Source: Candidatus Bathyarchaeum sp. (GTDB lineage: Archaea; Thermoproteota; Bathyarchaeia; Bathyarchaeales; Bathyarchaeaceae). Taken from it: a stretch of DNA of 59,230 nucleotides. Under the pieces are notes generated by a model. That model saw nothing but the letters and a program-made list of their open reading frames with translations, did not search any database and was not told where the DNA came from. The stretch is from assembly GCA_026014495.1 (NCBI GenBank), contig JAOZIF010000013.1:1-59230 (forward strand). Reading direction: 5' to 3'. The position numbers were made by a program, and so were the translations under genes. Shown one piece after another: positions 47,701-58,063 of this stretch (the stretch's first letter is position 1; each line of letters starts with the position of its first letter).

Positions 47701-47966
47701 ACCGTAACCTAAGCAAACTATTTTTGTAACTGCCACAATCAGAAGCTAAGCCTAAAGATTTTTAAGAAAGTCCACATACTGGCTGTTTAGAGGTTGTAAA
47801 ATTGAGGGATCGTTTCCTCTACCGATAAATCTGTTCAGCCAATTAATCCAAGCTTTGTTAGTACATCCTCTGAAAGAACTATTTCTGTTCCACAACAACA
47901 CGTTATCGTAGAATATGGTGTAGTGGATAGATTTATTAGTAAAAATCAGATTGAAGGTGACGTATC

Positions 47967-49229
47967 ATGAACATTATAGAAAAAATCTTAGCCAACGCCT
48001 CAGGCAAACAAGAGGTTTCCCCAGGAGAAATAGTGGAAGCAAACATCGACGTGGCAATGACCCACGACCTAACAGGTCCACTAGCCATAAAATCATTCCA
48101 CGAAATTGGAGCAAAAAAAGTCTGGGACAAACACAAAGTAGTCGTTATCCTAGACCATCTGGTTCCAGCAAGCTCCGTGATATCCGCAGGACTGCACAAA
48201 ACGGTAAGGGACTTTGTTAAAGAACAAAAAATAACAAACTTCTATGATGTTGGCAGAGGCGGAGTCTGCCACCAAGTGATGCCTGAAATGGGTCATGTCA
48301 GGCCTGGAGAGGTTATTGTTGGCTCAGATTCTCACACATGCACTTACGGAGCATTCGGAGCCTTTTCTACGGGAATTGGCTCAACAGAAATGGCTGCAGT
48401 ATTTGCAACAGGCAAACTGTGGTTTAGGGTGCCTGAAGTAATCAAAGTTGATGTGACCGGCAAATTCCAGAAGCTGGTGTCAGCGAAAGATTTGACCTTA
48501 AACGTTGTTGGTACGGTTGGTGCTGACGGAGCAATCTATAAAGGGCTGGAGTTTTGCGGCTCTACAATACGGGACATGACTATTGATGGCAGAATGGTGT
48601 TGGCTAACATGGCTGTGGAGATGGGAGCCAAAGCAGGCATTATCGAGCCTGACAAGAAAACATTAGATTACGTTAACGCCCGAACAGACAAGCCATTTAC
48701 GGCAGTAAAAAGCGACAAAGACTCAACATACGAGCGAACAGTGAACATTGATGTTTCAGACTTGGAGCCACAAGTTGCTGTTCCACATTCAGTCGACAAC
48801 GTTAAGCCCGTGTCAGAAGTAGAGGGTACCGAAGTGAATCAAGCGTTCATAGGCTCATGCACTAACGGTCGCTTAGAAGACCTAAGAGATGCTGCTAAAA
48901 TAGTGAAAGGCAAAAAGATAGCAAAGACTGTTCGGTTAATTGTGATTCCAGCATCCCAAGAAATATACTTGAATGCAATAAACGAGGGACTGATTAAACT
49001 GTTCATGGAGTCTGGCGCAACAGTTGGTAACCCAAACTGTGGTCCATGCCTAGGTGGACACATGGGCATTATGGCAGACGGCGAAGCCTGCATCAGCACA
49101 TCAAACAGGAACTTTATTGGAAGAATGGGAAGCACCAAATCATTTGTATACTTAGCATCACCCGCAACAGTAGCGGCATCAGCCCTTACCGGAAAGATTA
49201 CAGACCCCAGAAAAGAGGCAGAGGTGTAG
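47967..49229 (+). CDS. leuC: 3-isopropylmalate dehydratase large subunit
   Basis: HDLTG, DHLVP, GVCHQV, GSDSHT, GSCTNGR, CGPCLG, STSNRNF. Confidence 0.93.
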   Translation: MNIIEKILANASGKQEVSPGEIVEANIDVAMTHDLTGPLAIKSFHEIGAKKVWDKHKVVVILDHLVPASSVISAGLHKTVRDFVKEQKITNFYDVGRGGVCHQVMPEMGHVRPGEVIVGSDSHTCTYGAFGAFSTGIGSTEMAAVFATGKLWFRVPEVIKVDVTGKFQKLVSAKDLTLNVVGTVGADGAIYKGLEFCGSTIRDMTIDGRMVLANMAVEMGAKAGIIEPDKKTLDYVNARTDKPFTAVKSDKDSTYERTVNIDVSDLEPQVAVPHSVDNVKPVSEVEGTEVNQAFIGSCTNGRLEDLRDAAKIVKGKKIAKTVRLIVIPASQEIYLNAINEGLIKLFMESGATVGNPNCGPCLGGHMGIMADGEACISTSNRNFIGRMGSTKSFVYLASPATVAASALTGKITDPRKEAEV

Positions 49230-49234
49230 TAGAG

Positions 49235-49735
49235 TTGACGATAAATGGAAAAGTCATAAAATTCGCAAGCAACATAGACACAGACGTTATTCTGCCCGGA
49301 CCATACTTAGTTCACACAGACCCGTACGAGCTGGCAAAACATGCCATGGCAGGCTTAGACCCAAATTTCCCAGAAAAAGCAGCCAGCGGAGTAATAGTTG
49401 TTGGAGGCAAAAACTTTGGTTGCGGCTCCAGCAGAGAACAAGCTCCAATCGCCTTGAAGTACTCTGGAGTACAATGTGTGCTTGCTGAATCATTTGCACG
49501 CATATTCTACAGAAACGCCATAACCATAGGCTTACCTGTTCTGGTTTGCACTGGAATTTCAAGCAAGGTTAAAGAGGGAGACGAATTAGCTGTGAATCTG
49601 CAGATGGGCAAAGTTGAAAATAAAACAAACGGCTCAGTGTTGCAGGCAACAAAGCTTCCAGAGTTCATCATGGAAATTCTTGAGAATGGAGGATTAATTT
49701 CACACCTGAAAAGGAGATTTGAAACCAATGAGTAA
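49235..49735 (+). CDS. leuD: 3-isopropylmalate dehydratase small subunit
   Basis: IDTDVILPGPYLV (YLV type typical of LeuD rather than HacB), NFGCGSSREQA, FARIFYRN; TTG 49235 follows the leuC stop. Confidence 0.92.
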   Translation: MTINGKVIKFASNIDTDVILPGPYLVHTDPYELAKHAMAGLDPNFPEKAASGVIVVGGKNFGCGSSREQAPIALKYSGVQCVLAESFARIFYRNAITIGLPVLVCTGISSKVKEGDELAVNLQMGKVENKTNGSVLQATKLPEFIMEILENGGLISHLKRRFETNE

Positions 49736-50762
49736 ATACACAATATCTTTAATCCCCGGAGACGGGATAGGCCCCGAACTGTCAGAGGCAACAATGGAAA
49801 TCTTGAATGCAGTTCAAAAACGGTTCGACATAGAGTTGGATGTAATTACGGTCGAAGCTGGAGACTCATGCTATGAAAAGACTGGAGTAGCACTTCCAGA
49901 AGAAACCGTTGAAATTATCCGAAACTCACATGCATGCATGAAAGGACCCGTAGGAGAAACTGCAGCTGACGTTATCGTTAAACTAAGAATCATGTTTGAC
50001 CTTTACGCCAACCTTAGACCAATCAAGGAGTACCCTCCAGTTCCCAGCCTAAAACCTGGCATTGACATGTTTTTTGTTCGAGAAAACACGGAAGACGTTT
50101 ACAAAGGAATAGAATTCGAGATGGCAGACAGTGCAATCTGTATACGTGTCATAACCAAGAAAAACAGCGAAAGAATAGCCAAGAAAGCCTTCGAAACCGC
50201 GAGAAGAAGAAACGGCAAGAAACGAGTTACTGCAATTCATAAGGCTAACGTTATGAAAAAGACGTGTGGACTGTTTGCACGGTGCTGCAGGGAAGTTGCT
50301 AAGCAGTATCCAGACATAAAGTTTGACGAGTTGTATGTTGATGCTGCGTCGATGCGGCTGATTAAGGAGCCAGAAACGTTTGATGTGTTTGTTACTCCAA
50401 ACATGTTTGGTGACATACTCTCTGATGAGGCAGCGCAGCTTATCGGCGGCTTGGGTATGGCTCCGGGAGCAAACATTGGTGATGATTTCGCGTTGTTTGA
50501 GCCTATTCATGGTTCAGCGCCTAACAGGGCAGGAAAACAGACCGCAAACCCATGTTCAATGATACTGTCGGCGAAGATGATGCTAGATTGGTTGGGAGAA
50601 AAGTACGAAGACAAAGAATGCTTGAAGGCCGCAGAGGCTATAGAGGATGCTGTGGCTAAAACTTTACGTAAAAGTGAAACAGTGATTCCTGACTTTGGCG
50701 GCAAAGCCAAAACCATAGAGATGGCACAGGCTATGGCTAAGGAGATAATTAACAGCAAGTAA
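49728..50762 (+). CDS. leuB: 3-isopropylmalate dehydrogenase
   Basis: GDGIGPE, YANLRP, HKANVM, NMFGDILSD, EPIHGSAP; ATG 49728. Confidence 0.88.
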   Translation: MSKYTISLIPGDGIGPELSEATMEILNAVQKRFDIELDVITVEAGDSCYEKTGVALPEETVEIIRNSHACMKGPVGETAADVIVKLRIMFDLYANLRPIKEYPPVPSLKPGIDMFFVRENTEDVYKGIEFEMADSAICIRVITKKNSERIAKKAFETARRRNGKKRVTAIHKANVMKKTCGLFARCCREVAKQYPDIKFDELYVDAASMRLIKEPETFDVFVTPNMFGDILSDEAAQLIGGLGMAPGANIGDDFALFEPIHGSAPNRAGKQTANPCSMILSAKMMLDWLGEKYEDKECLKAAEAIEDAVAKTLRKSETVIPDFGGKAKTIEMAQAMAKEIINSK

Positions 50763-50784
50763 GAGAATCTAGGAAGGGGGACGC

Positions 50785-52302
50785 TTGAAACAAAAAATCG
50801 AAGATTATGTGCGTATCTTTGATACTACCTTAAGAGATGGTGAGCAGACGCCAGGTGTCTCTTTAACTACGGAAGAGAAGCTGGAGATTGCCCGTCAACT
50901 TGACAAGGTGGGTGTAGACACTATAGAGGCTGGTACGCCGATTAGCTCTGAAGGAGAAAAACGGGCAGCCAAAGAGATTTCCAAGGCAGGTTTATCTGCT
51001 GAAGTATGTGCTTTGGCTCGTAGCAAAAGAAAGGACATCGATGTCGCAATTGCTTGTGATGTTGATGCAGTTCACACGTTTATTTCTACTTCTGAGGTTC
51101 AGATGAAGTACGCCGTGAACATGACTCCTCAAGAGGTTTTGGCAAGCTCCATAGATTCAATTGAGTACATCAAGAGTCACGGTTTGGTCTGCGAGTATTC
51201 TCCGATGGATGCATCAAGAACAGACAGAGATTTTCTGAAGCAAATCTGCAGAGTTGCAGAAGAGGCTGGAGCAGACCGCATAAACATTCCCGACACAGTT
51301 GGAATAATGATTCCAACAACCATGCAGCAGCTAATCACAGACGTCAAAAGCGTAGTCAAGATTCCAATAAGCGTACACTGTCACAACGACTTCGGCATGG
51401 CAGTTGCCAACTCTTTAGCAGGAGTTGAAGCTGGAGCGTCGCAGATTCATGTTGCAGTTAACGGGTTAGGGGAACGTGCAGGAAACGCAGCCTTAGAGGA
51501 AGTTGCTGTTGCATTAGATTTGATTTACAACAAGAAGACCAAAATTAATCATGCACAGCTCTATGAAACTTCAAGGCTAGTAGCAAAGCTAACTGGCATG
51601 CAAATACAAGCTAACAAAGCAATTGTAGGCGAAAACGCATTCTCTCATGAATCAGGTATCCACACGCGTGGGGTTACTGTTGCCCCTTCAACATTTGAGC
51701 CGATTAAGCCAGAGTTTGTTGGAAGAAAACGAAAACTAGTTGCAGGAAAACTGGCTGGCACCAGCGGAATACGTGCGGAGCTGGAGTCTAGTGGATTGCG
51801 TCCAACTCAGGAGCAGCTTGCAGAGGTTGTCAGAACTGTCAAGGAATTAGGCGACAAAGGCAAAACCGTTACAGACGCTGACATGTTGGCTATTGCAAGG
51901 GCTATTATGGGAAAGGTCGTCAAGGAGAAACGGATTGTTGACTTGACTGGCTTTTCGGTTGTTACTGGAATCGGAGTTACTCCAACTGCTTCGGTTAGGC
52001 TTGTGTTGGATGGTAAGGAGTACTTGGCTTCAGAGACAGGTTTTGGTCCTGTCGACGCGGCAATAAAGGCAGTCCAGAAACTGACGTCACCCCTAGTTAA
52101 TGTTAAGCTCAAAGAATACAGAATAGAAGCCACTACCGGAGGCTCCGATGCCATCGGAGAAGTCATAATCAAAGTCGAGGACAAAGATGGAAACGTGGTT
52201 TCTTCACGAGCAGTCAACGAGGACATAGTGATGGCAAGCGTAGAAGCAATGATAGACGGCATCAACAAAAGCCTGCTGAAAAGCAGAAACCGCAAAAAGT
52301 AA
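50785..52302 (+). CDS. leuA: 2-isopropylmalate synthase / citramalate synthase family
   Basis: DTTLRDGEQTPG, HCHNDFG, GERAGNA, HESGIH, C-terminal regulatory domain GFGPVDA. Confidence 0.88.
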   Translation: MKQKIEDYVRIFDTTLRDGEQTPGVSLTTEEKLEIARQLDKVGVDTIEAGTPISSEGEKRAAKEISKAGLSAEVCALARSKRKDIDVAIACDVDAVHTFISTSEVQMKYAVNMTPQEVLASSIDSIEYIKSHGLVCEYSPMDASRTDRDFLKQICRVAEEAGADRINIPDTVGIMIPTTMQQLITDVKSVVKIPISVHCHNDFGMAVANSLAGVEAGASQIHVAVNGLGERAGNAALEEVAVALDLIYNKKTKINHAQLYETSRLVAKLTGMQIQANKAIVGENAFSHESGIHTRGVTVAPSTFEPIKPEFVGRKRKLVAGKLAGTSGIRAELESSGLRPTQEQLAEVVRTVKELGDKGKTVTDADMLAIARAIMGKVVKEKRIVDLTGFSVVTGIGVTPTASVRLVLDGKEYLASETGFGPVDAAIKAVQKLTSPLVNVKLKEYRIEATTGGSDAIGEVIIKVEDKDGNVVSSRAVNEDIVMASVEAMIDGINKSLLKSRNRKK

Positions 52303-52369
52303 CATCTGTTTCCCAGCCAATTAATTGGTTGGATTAACTTCTATTTTTCTAAACCCACAAACTGTGTTG

Positions 52370-52630
52370 CTAAGCAGAACTGGTTTTTTTCCACCAGTAG
52401 ATGATTAGTATTCCTATACCAGCGAATAATACCGCTGTTAAGAGATAAAATGTAATAGATGTACTTGCAAACAGCTTGGTTTGAATTAACAGCACGTATG
52501 CATTAGTTGAATGTGCTTCAATGTAAAGTGATGCGGCATTTAGTATAATTGAGATAACAAAGCCTAACACTCCACAGAGGAAAACAAAAAAAGAGCACAA
52601 TGAAAGCGTTTTGACTGTTTCTTCGTTCAT
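52370..52630 (-). CDS. Small two-TM membrane protein
   Basis: 86 aa with two hydrophobic helices and a basic C-terminus. Confidence 0.6.
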   Translation of the reverse strand: MNEETVKTLSLCSFFVFLCGVLGFVISIILNAASLYIEAHSTNAYVLLIQTKLFASTSITFYLLTAVLFAGIGILIIYWWKKTSSA

Positions 52631-52800
52631 GTAAACAACTCTTATTTTTGTTTGTTCTCGTGTTTGCGCTATTAAATCTTAGCTCTAAAAATGGCTCTTA
52701 TTCCTGTTCTGACAAAGCACATACGGGACAGATTCATGTATAGCTGTGGCAAAGTCAAGTTCACGTCTTTTCAATGTCGTTATAGTTCTTTAATGCAGTT

Positions 52801-54402
52801 TCAGGGATTTGGCGAAAACCTTATGACTGATATTCGATAGGGACTGTTTCCAAACGTTTTCTCTAAAGTGAAGCTTCCAGAAGTAAGAACTTTATCTAGG
52901 ACATCAGAGGCTTTCCATTCTGACTGGAAATATGTTGTGTTGCCGTGTTCATACAAGAACAGGTACTTTACATTCAAACTGCTGCACTGTTCAATCAAGT
53001 ATGTTCCATTAAAGACGGGCTCATAAACATCAACAGGATACTCAGGATAATACCACAGTTCCCGTTCATCTGCGTCAGATGTCATCAAGTAAAAGTTCAC
53101 GGCATCTGGACTAAAGTAGTTCACTGCAAACAAAACTACTGCAGTTTCGCTTGGCTCTGAATTTTCGATTACATATTGGGTTGCTTCTTTGATGGGAATG
53201 TGAATGTTGTCTTTTTCGACCCAGTAGTATGCGTTAGCTAAGCTGTAGACTACACACGACGCCATCAATAGCACGAACAAAATGGCTACAAATTTGCGTA
53301 TAGCCCTCTTGTAGCTTGTAATGGTTGGTGCTTGTATGCTGTCTTTTAGTTTGTTCCATGTACACAACATGAAATCTGAGGCGGCGACTGCCAAGATGGG
53401 AAAAACGGGTATGATGTAGCGCCAGTTTCTGTTAGAGATAAAGATGGTATACGCCAAGTAGACTACAATGAACCAGATTAGCGAAAACTTGTCTTCTGGT
53501 TTTCTTCGCCACAGCCATAATCCTAAACCAAGAAAAGCAATAATGTAAACTGGCAATGAAATCGGATGAATATCAGCATAAGGATATGTCATCTCTATGA
53601 GGTAAAACACTGGAAGCGGAAACCGCTCACCATACCCGAGCCTTTCTTCACTGCCTGCCTGAACCGTGTATACCCACGTTTCAAGCCCTTCTGAAGTGTA
53701 ATGATTATACGCCAAAAAGAGCCACGGCAAAATAACAGCTGCTGCAATTATTGCAACAATCAAAATTTTGCCCATTTTGTACTTAACACGCTTTTTCCGT
53801 AACAAAAACACACTAACCAGCATGACTAAGCCTGCAATCGCAGTTTGATACTTGGCGAGAAACCCTAAACCTAGTGCTACTCCGCTTAGAATCAGCAGTT
53901 TTTGGTTGTTTGTGCGCATCCAAGAAAAGAACAAAAGTAATGCAATGGAAAAAAAGAAAACCAGAATGGTTTCAAGTATTGCCATTCTGCAGACAATGAT
54001 AAAACCCGGCATCGAAGCAAGCAAAACACTTGAAAGCAGCGCATTTTGGGGACCATAAAGTCGGTAGGCATACTCAAAGACAGCCCATACACAAAGTACA
54101 CCAAAGATAAGAGAAACAAGCCTGACTGAAAACAGGCTTGAACCTATAGTCGTGTAAGTTAATGCTACGATAACATCAAACAGTGGTGGGTAATACGAAA
54201 ACTGCAGGTATTCTTGGAATTGTCCACGACTTAACAGAAGCCCACTAACCACATGCTGGGTTTCGTCCCATTGAATTAGCGCGTAATCCAGATACACCAT
54301 TAAAATGGTGACGTAAACTAGAAGAAAAAGAACAAGAACTAAACGCCATCTGTTGAAGTGCTGCGCAACGCCAGAGATGGCAGACTGTAACCTGCGAATC
54401 AT
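52801..54402 (-). CDS. GT-C fold glycosyltransferase (PMT/ArnT, GT39/83-like)
   Basis: WDE motif after TM1, YYPPL, LAKY, RYIIP, C-terminal soluble domain. Confidence 0.88.
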   Translation of the reverse strand: MIRRLQSAISGVAQHFNRWRLVLVLFLLVYVTILMVYLDYALIQWDETQHVVSGLLLSRGQFQEYLQFSYYPPLFDVIVALTYTTIGSSLFSVRLVSLIFGVLCVWAVFEYAYRLYGPQNALLSSVLLASMPGFIIVCRMAILETILVFFFSIALLLFFSWMRTNNQKLLILSGVALGLGFLAKYQTAIAGLVMLVSVFLLRKKRVKYKMGKILIVAIIAAAVILPWLFLAYNHYTSEGLETWVYTVQAGSEERLGYGERFPLPVFYLIEMTYPYADIHPISLPVYIIAFLGLGLWLWRRKPEDKFSLIWFIVVYLAYTIFISNRNWRYIIPVFPILAVAASDFMLCTWNKLKDSIQAPTITSYKRAIRKFVAILFVLLMASCVVYSLANAYYWVEKDNIHIPIKEATQYVIENSEPSETAVVLFAVNYFSPDAVNFYLMTSDADERELWYYPEYPVDVYEPVFNGTYLIEQCSSLNVKYLFLYEHGNTTYFQSEWKASDVLDKVLTSGSFTLEKTFGNSPYRISVIRFSPNP

Positions 54403-54493
54403 TGCATGCCGACCAGTTGTGTATGTTTGTTACCTTCAGTTGCCTGAAATATTATATAAAAAAGATGGCAACTGACTGCGACACTGGCCATTT

Positions 54494-54928
54494 CTATGTG
54501 CTAGTTTTTCTTCGCAGTAAGATGCCTTCAAAAAAGAAAAGGAGCATAGCTAGTCCAGTCATTCCTGTTAGAAACAAAAAACTTGTTTCTATGACCAGCC
54601 ATGGAAGAAAGCAACTCAGCAAAATAATTGCAACTTCTGCTCCAAATGCTCCAATAAAAAAGAAAGAGTAGAACATTAAGCGGGGAACAAGGTTTTTGCC
54701 CACCCACACATGTCCACTGACACCTGTTTTTTCTTTGAGTATGTATTCGCCACACTCGTTTTTTTCGAGTAGCCCCATTGCTTCTAGTTTTTGCAGATGC
54801 CTGTGTGCCACGCTTGGGCTGCTAAGGTTTGCTCCACGCATAACGTCCCTAGTTCCAACTGGCCTGTTTTCTCCTACTACGTACGCGTAGACGACTAGTG
54901 TGTTGCCTGCAAGCTGCTCATTGGCCAT
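54494..54928 (-). CDS. wHTH protein with two C-terminal TM helices
   Basis: LVVYAYVV...VGTRDVMRGANLSSPSVAHRHLQKLEAMGLL; ATG 54928 overlaps the upstream stop. Confidence 0.78.
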   Translation of the reverse strand: MANEQLAGNTLVVYAYVVGENRPVGTRDVMRGANLSSPSVAHRHLQKLEAMGLLEKNECGEYILKEKTGVSGHVWVGKNLVPRLMFYSFFFIGAFGAEVAIILLSCFLPWLVIETSFLFLTGMTGLAMLLFFFEGILLRRKTST

Positions 54929-55757
54929 TGTCAGATTGCACCTGATACATTTCTTCATATGAAAGCGGGTGTAGCAAGTCAGTTTCTGCAAGTTCGTCTT
55001 CGGGAATTAGGTTGTTGTATATCCAACCTTCTTCGCCGTACTTTTCAAGCTGTATCTGGTCGACGACTTCGTTGTTTGCTGTCGTGAATGTTGTTGAATC
55101 GCTTGTGAATGTAGCCCATCCTAACCTGTAAATTGTTACTGTTACTGTCTGTGCTTCTCTGAGCTGGGTGACTGTTAGTGATGTGCCGCTTCCGCCTAGT
55201 GTCCCTTCTCCACTGCCTCCTTCATCGAACAACTGTGACTCGCTAACAGTCCAATTGTACTTTAGTAATCCGCCGCCACCGCCATATGTCTGATTGAATA
55301 GGTCAGTGTCAAACCAGTCGTCGCGCGTGAAATGGATGTCATCAAGGACTTCATCGAAAGTGAAAGAGCCGTTGCTGTTGGTTCCAACAAAAAAGTTCAT
55401 GGTTTCAATGAGTTCTTTGTCAGAGATTATTTCTATTGTGTAATACTCAACTCTTCCGTCGCTAACTTCATTTGTGGTGTCTACATTCAAGGTTAGATTA
55501 AGCATTAGTATGTGTTGTTCGCTGACAGAGTTTGTTTCGTTCAACCCACTATCCCATGGAAGTTCAAATGCGAAATCAGTGAGTGGACCATCGTTGGTGA
55601 CCCAATACGCGTATGGCATGTTGATGCTAAACCATGGTTCATTTGAGTTGTCGGCTTTTGCGGTTGCAGTCATCAAGAACACCAGAGGAAAAACCGAAGA
55701 AACTCCGATGATTAACGCAAGAATGCTGCATGCAATCAACTTTTTTTCAGTTTTCAT
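54918..55757 (-). CDS. Secreted/membrane-anchored hypothetical protein
   Basis: N-terminal signal/TM, acidic, N-glycosylation sequons, Gly-rich tracts. Confidence 0.75.
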   Translation of the reverse strand: MKTEKKLIACSILALIIGVSSVFPLVFLMTATAKADNSNEPWFSINMPYAYWVTNDGPLTDFAFELPWDSGLNETNSVSEQHILMLNLTLNVDTTNEVSDGRVEYYTIEIISDKELIETMNFFVGTNSNGSFTFDEVLDDIHFTRDDWFDTDLFNQTYGGGGGLLKYNWTVSESQLFDEGGSGEGTLGGSGTSLTVTQLREAQTVTVTIYRLGWATFTSDSTTFTTANNEVVDQIQLEKYGEEGWIYNNLIPEDELAETDLLHPLSYEEMYQVQSDNGQ

Positions 55758-55861
55758 GATTCATCTCCACCTTGACTACTACATAAATGAGCTTTATAAT
55801 TCTCCCCGAAGAACAAAACCGTTCTTGTCAAGAACACATCGATTATTTCCTCTAGGTTTAT

Positions 55862-56596
55862 TCACCTCTTTTCACTCGTTTTTCCAATAATTGCTACATA
55901 CTTCGAGTCACCAGAATCTATGAACTCCCTGACCGTCCACCATGTTCCCTTAATTACATCCAGCATTTCTTTTTTGGACACCATCAGGTAATCAAACCAT
56001 CCACTAACGTAGGTCTCAAATCGCGTTCTAATTCTCACCTGACCTGACATCCTGCCCTTTTTCTTGTTGAGCACATGATACGCCAAATGGTCTGGGTCCT
56101 CTGTCTGGTACGGGTCACGGGTGTCTGCGACAATCAAGGCATTCTCAGAAGTCATGTTGTAGAACTTTTTTAGCAACCTGCGAGCGTTACCTAAACTGCC
56201 AAGCAACCCAAAGTTGTTTCCCATCATTATAACCGTGTCAAACGAGCTTGGCTCAAAATCTATGTTTTCAATTGACATGACTTTTGCTTGCTTCAGTCCT
56301 CTGAGCTTGCAAACTTTTATTGCAAGAGGAGAAACGTCGATTCCAAGAGTATCAAAACCTTTTTTCTGCAAATACAACGCGTGCCTGCCCGCTCCACAGC
56401 CAACATCCAAAATGTTTCCTGTAACAAACTCCATTGCTTTTTGTTCAATTGGATGCCAGTTTTCATAACCCGAAAAATATCCTTTTGCAATGATGGTGTT
56501 TGTTAATCCGTCGTCTCTTTCTATAGTTTCACAGACATCTCTACCCTGATAATAAGCCATGAGCATCTGCCCGAAAGCGTCCTCTTCAGGTTCCAT
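55862..56596 (-). CDS. Class I SAM-dependent methyltransferase
   Basis: ILDVGCGAGRH, GIDVS, FDTVIMMGNNFG. Confidence 0.9.
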   Translation of the reverse strand: MEPEEDAFGQMLMAYYQGRDVCETIERDDGLTNTIIAKGYFSGYENWHPIEQKAMEFVTGNILDVGCGAGRHALYLQKKGFDTLGIDVSPLAIKVCKLRGLKQAKVMSIENIDFEPSSFDTVIMMGNNFGLLGSLGNARRLLKKFYNMTSENALIVADTRDPYQTEDPDHLAYHVLNKKKGRMSGQVRIRTRFETYVSGWFDYLMVSKKEMLDVIKGTWWTVREFIDSGDSKYVAIIGKTSEKR

Positions 56597-56677
56597 AACC
56601 TAATTCTCCATTAACAGGGAACAGAAGAACAACAACCACTCTAAATTAAAAACAAAAAATAAAAGACTTTTCAGCAA

Positions 56678-56815
56678 TTACTCAGTTGGTGCCTGCTTTG
56701 CTTTGGGTCTGCGTTTAAAATGGCACCTTCCAAACCAGTTTCTTAACCGTGACTGGCAGTAGCCGTCAATGTTGTTTACGCAGTGCTTTATGTTGCATTT
56801 TACTTTAGTGCGCAT
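56678..56815 (-). CDS. 45-aa Cys-rich small protein (DUF1540-like), below the ORF-track cutoff
   Basis: GGAG RBS then MRTKVKCNIKHCVNNIDGYCQSRLRNWFGRCHFKRRPKAKQAPTE-TAA. Confidence 0.55.
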   Translation of the reverse strand: MRTKVKCNIKHCVNNIDGYCQSRLRNWFGRCHFKRRPKAKQAPTE

Positions 56816-56866
56816 CTGTTGCTCTCCAAAAACAGCGGTCTTGAATGTAACAGAAAAGCGTCTGCT

Positions 56867-57886
56867 TTAATCCTTTCTTTTTTTCTTCAAACTAACCTCG
56901 GGAACAAGTATTCCTTCTTCTGTTATAACCGCATCTACATACTCTAAAGGCGTTATGTCAAACGCTGGATTTAGCACTTTGATTCCTTCAGGTGCTATTC
57001 TTTCACAGCCTATGTTTGTTACTTCTTGGGGGCTTCTTTCTTCGATAACTGCATCCTCAGAAGAACGAGATTGATCCATTGTTGACATAGGCGCAGCTAC
57101 ATAGAATGGGATTCCGTGCTCAAATGCCAAAACAGCAACATTGTATGTTCCAATCTTGTTCAAAACTGCGTCCCTGACAATTCGGTCGGCGCCAACAACA
57201 ACTTTGTCTACCATTCCTCTTGACATAACATAGCCTACCATAGTGTCGCTAATCAAAGTCACAGGAATATTATCGCGCATCAACTCATAGCAAGTGAGCT
57301 TTGCACCTTGAAGGCGCGGTCGGGTTTCACAGGAGATAACCTTAACGTTTTTGCCCTCTTCGATGGCGCCTCGTATAACTCCAAGCGCAGTTCCATAATC
57401 AACCGTAGCCAAGCTGCCTGCATTACAGTGGGTAAGAACCACATCACCATCCTCTATGAGTGTAGCACCGTGCTTGCCCATTTTCCTGTTAACTTCAACA
57501 TCTTCATCTGCCATCCTCTGCGCTTCAGCTACAACAGCTGCAGCCAAAGCCTCTTTTGTTCCCTTTGTTTCGTTAGCCTTCTTCATTACCCTGTCAATTG
57601 CCCAGAACAGATTCACGGCAGTTGGACGCGTCTTGCGTAACACCACAGCCGATTCTTCAAGCTCCTTTAGTAGCTCCTCTCTAGTTTTAGCCTTTGAATG
57701 AAAAGCACATAACGCCAGACCATACGCAGCCGCGACCCCAATAAGAGGTGCACCACGTAGTTTCATTTCTTTAATCGCAGACGCCATTGTCTTATAATCT
57801 GCTATTTTTACCCAGACAACTTCGTTGGGTAATTTTGTTTGGTCAACAAGAATTACTGTGCCGTCTTTCCATTCTATTGTTCGCAT
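56867..57886 (-). CDS. mtnA: S-methyl-5-thioribose-1-phosphate isomerase
   Basis: DQTKLP, LRGAPLIG, TRPTAVNL, LTHCNAGSLAT, ETRPRLQG, NKIGTY, NPAFDITP. Confidence 0.93.
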   Translation of the reverse strand: MRTIEWKDGTVILVDQTKLPNEVVWVKIADYKTMASAIKEMKLRGAPLIGVAAAYGLALCAFHSKAKTREELLKELEESAVVLRKTRPTAVNLFWAIDRVMKKANETKGTKEALAAAVVAEAQRMADEDVEVNRKMGKHGATLIEDGDVVLTHCNAGSLATVDYGTALGVIRGAIEEGKNVKVISCETRPRLQGAKLTCYELMRDNIPVTLISDTMVGYVMSRGMVDKVVVGADRIVRDAVLNKIGTYNVAVLAFEHGIPFYVAAPMSTMDQSRSSEDAVIEERSPQEVTNIGCERIAPEGIKVLNPAFDITPLEYVDAVITEEGILVPEVSLKKKRKD

Positions 57887-58063
57887 AACTCAAAACCTGC
57901 CTTTCACCTGATTTTGTGTTTGCTTCGATAATATGTTTTCTGCAAAAATAGAGCAAATTCATTTTGTAACCGTAAATTAAACAATAGGTTGTATGCTCTG
58001 CAAGACAATGTATTCAGGTGTAAACGTACAGTTTAATTACCGCCATATTCTCCAAAAATTTTT

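Noticed and set aside
49046-49234. N-terminal extension of LeuD in the track
   Set aside because: It lies inside leuC in another frame; LeuD similarity begins only at TTG 49235.
357-57701. Numerous long antisense or overlapping ORFs (e.g. 357-911, 11457-12128, 15121-15711, 31767-32399, 44330-44746, 55474-55890)
   Set aside because: Shadow frames of confidently identified genes on the other strand, with no recognisable motifs.
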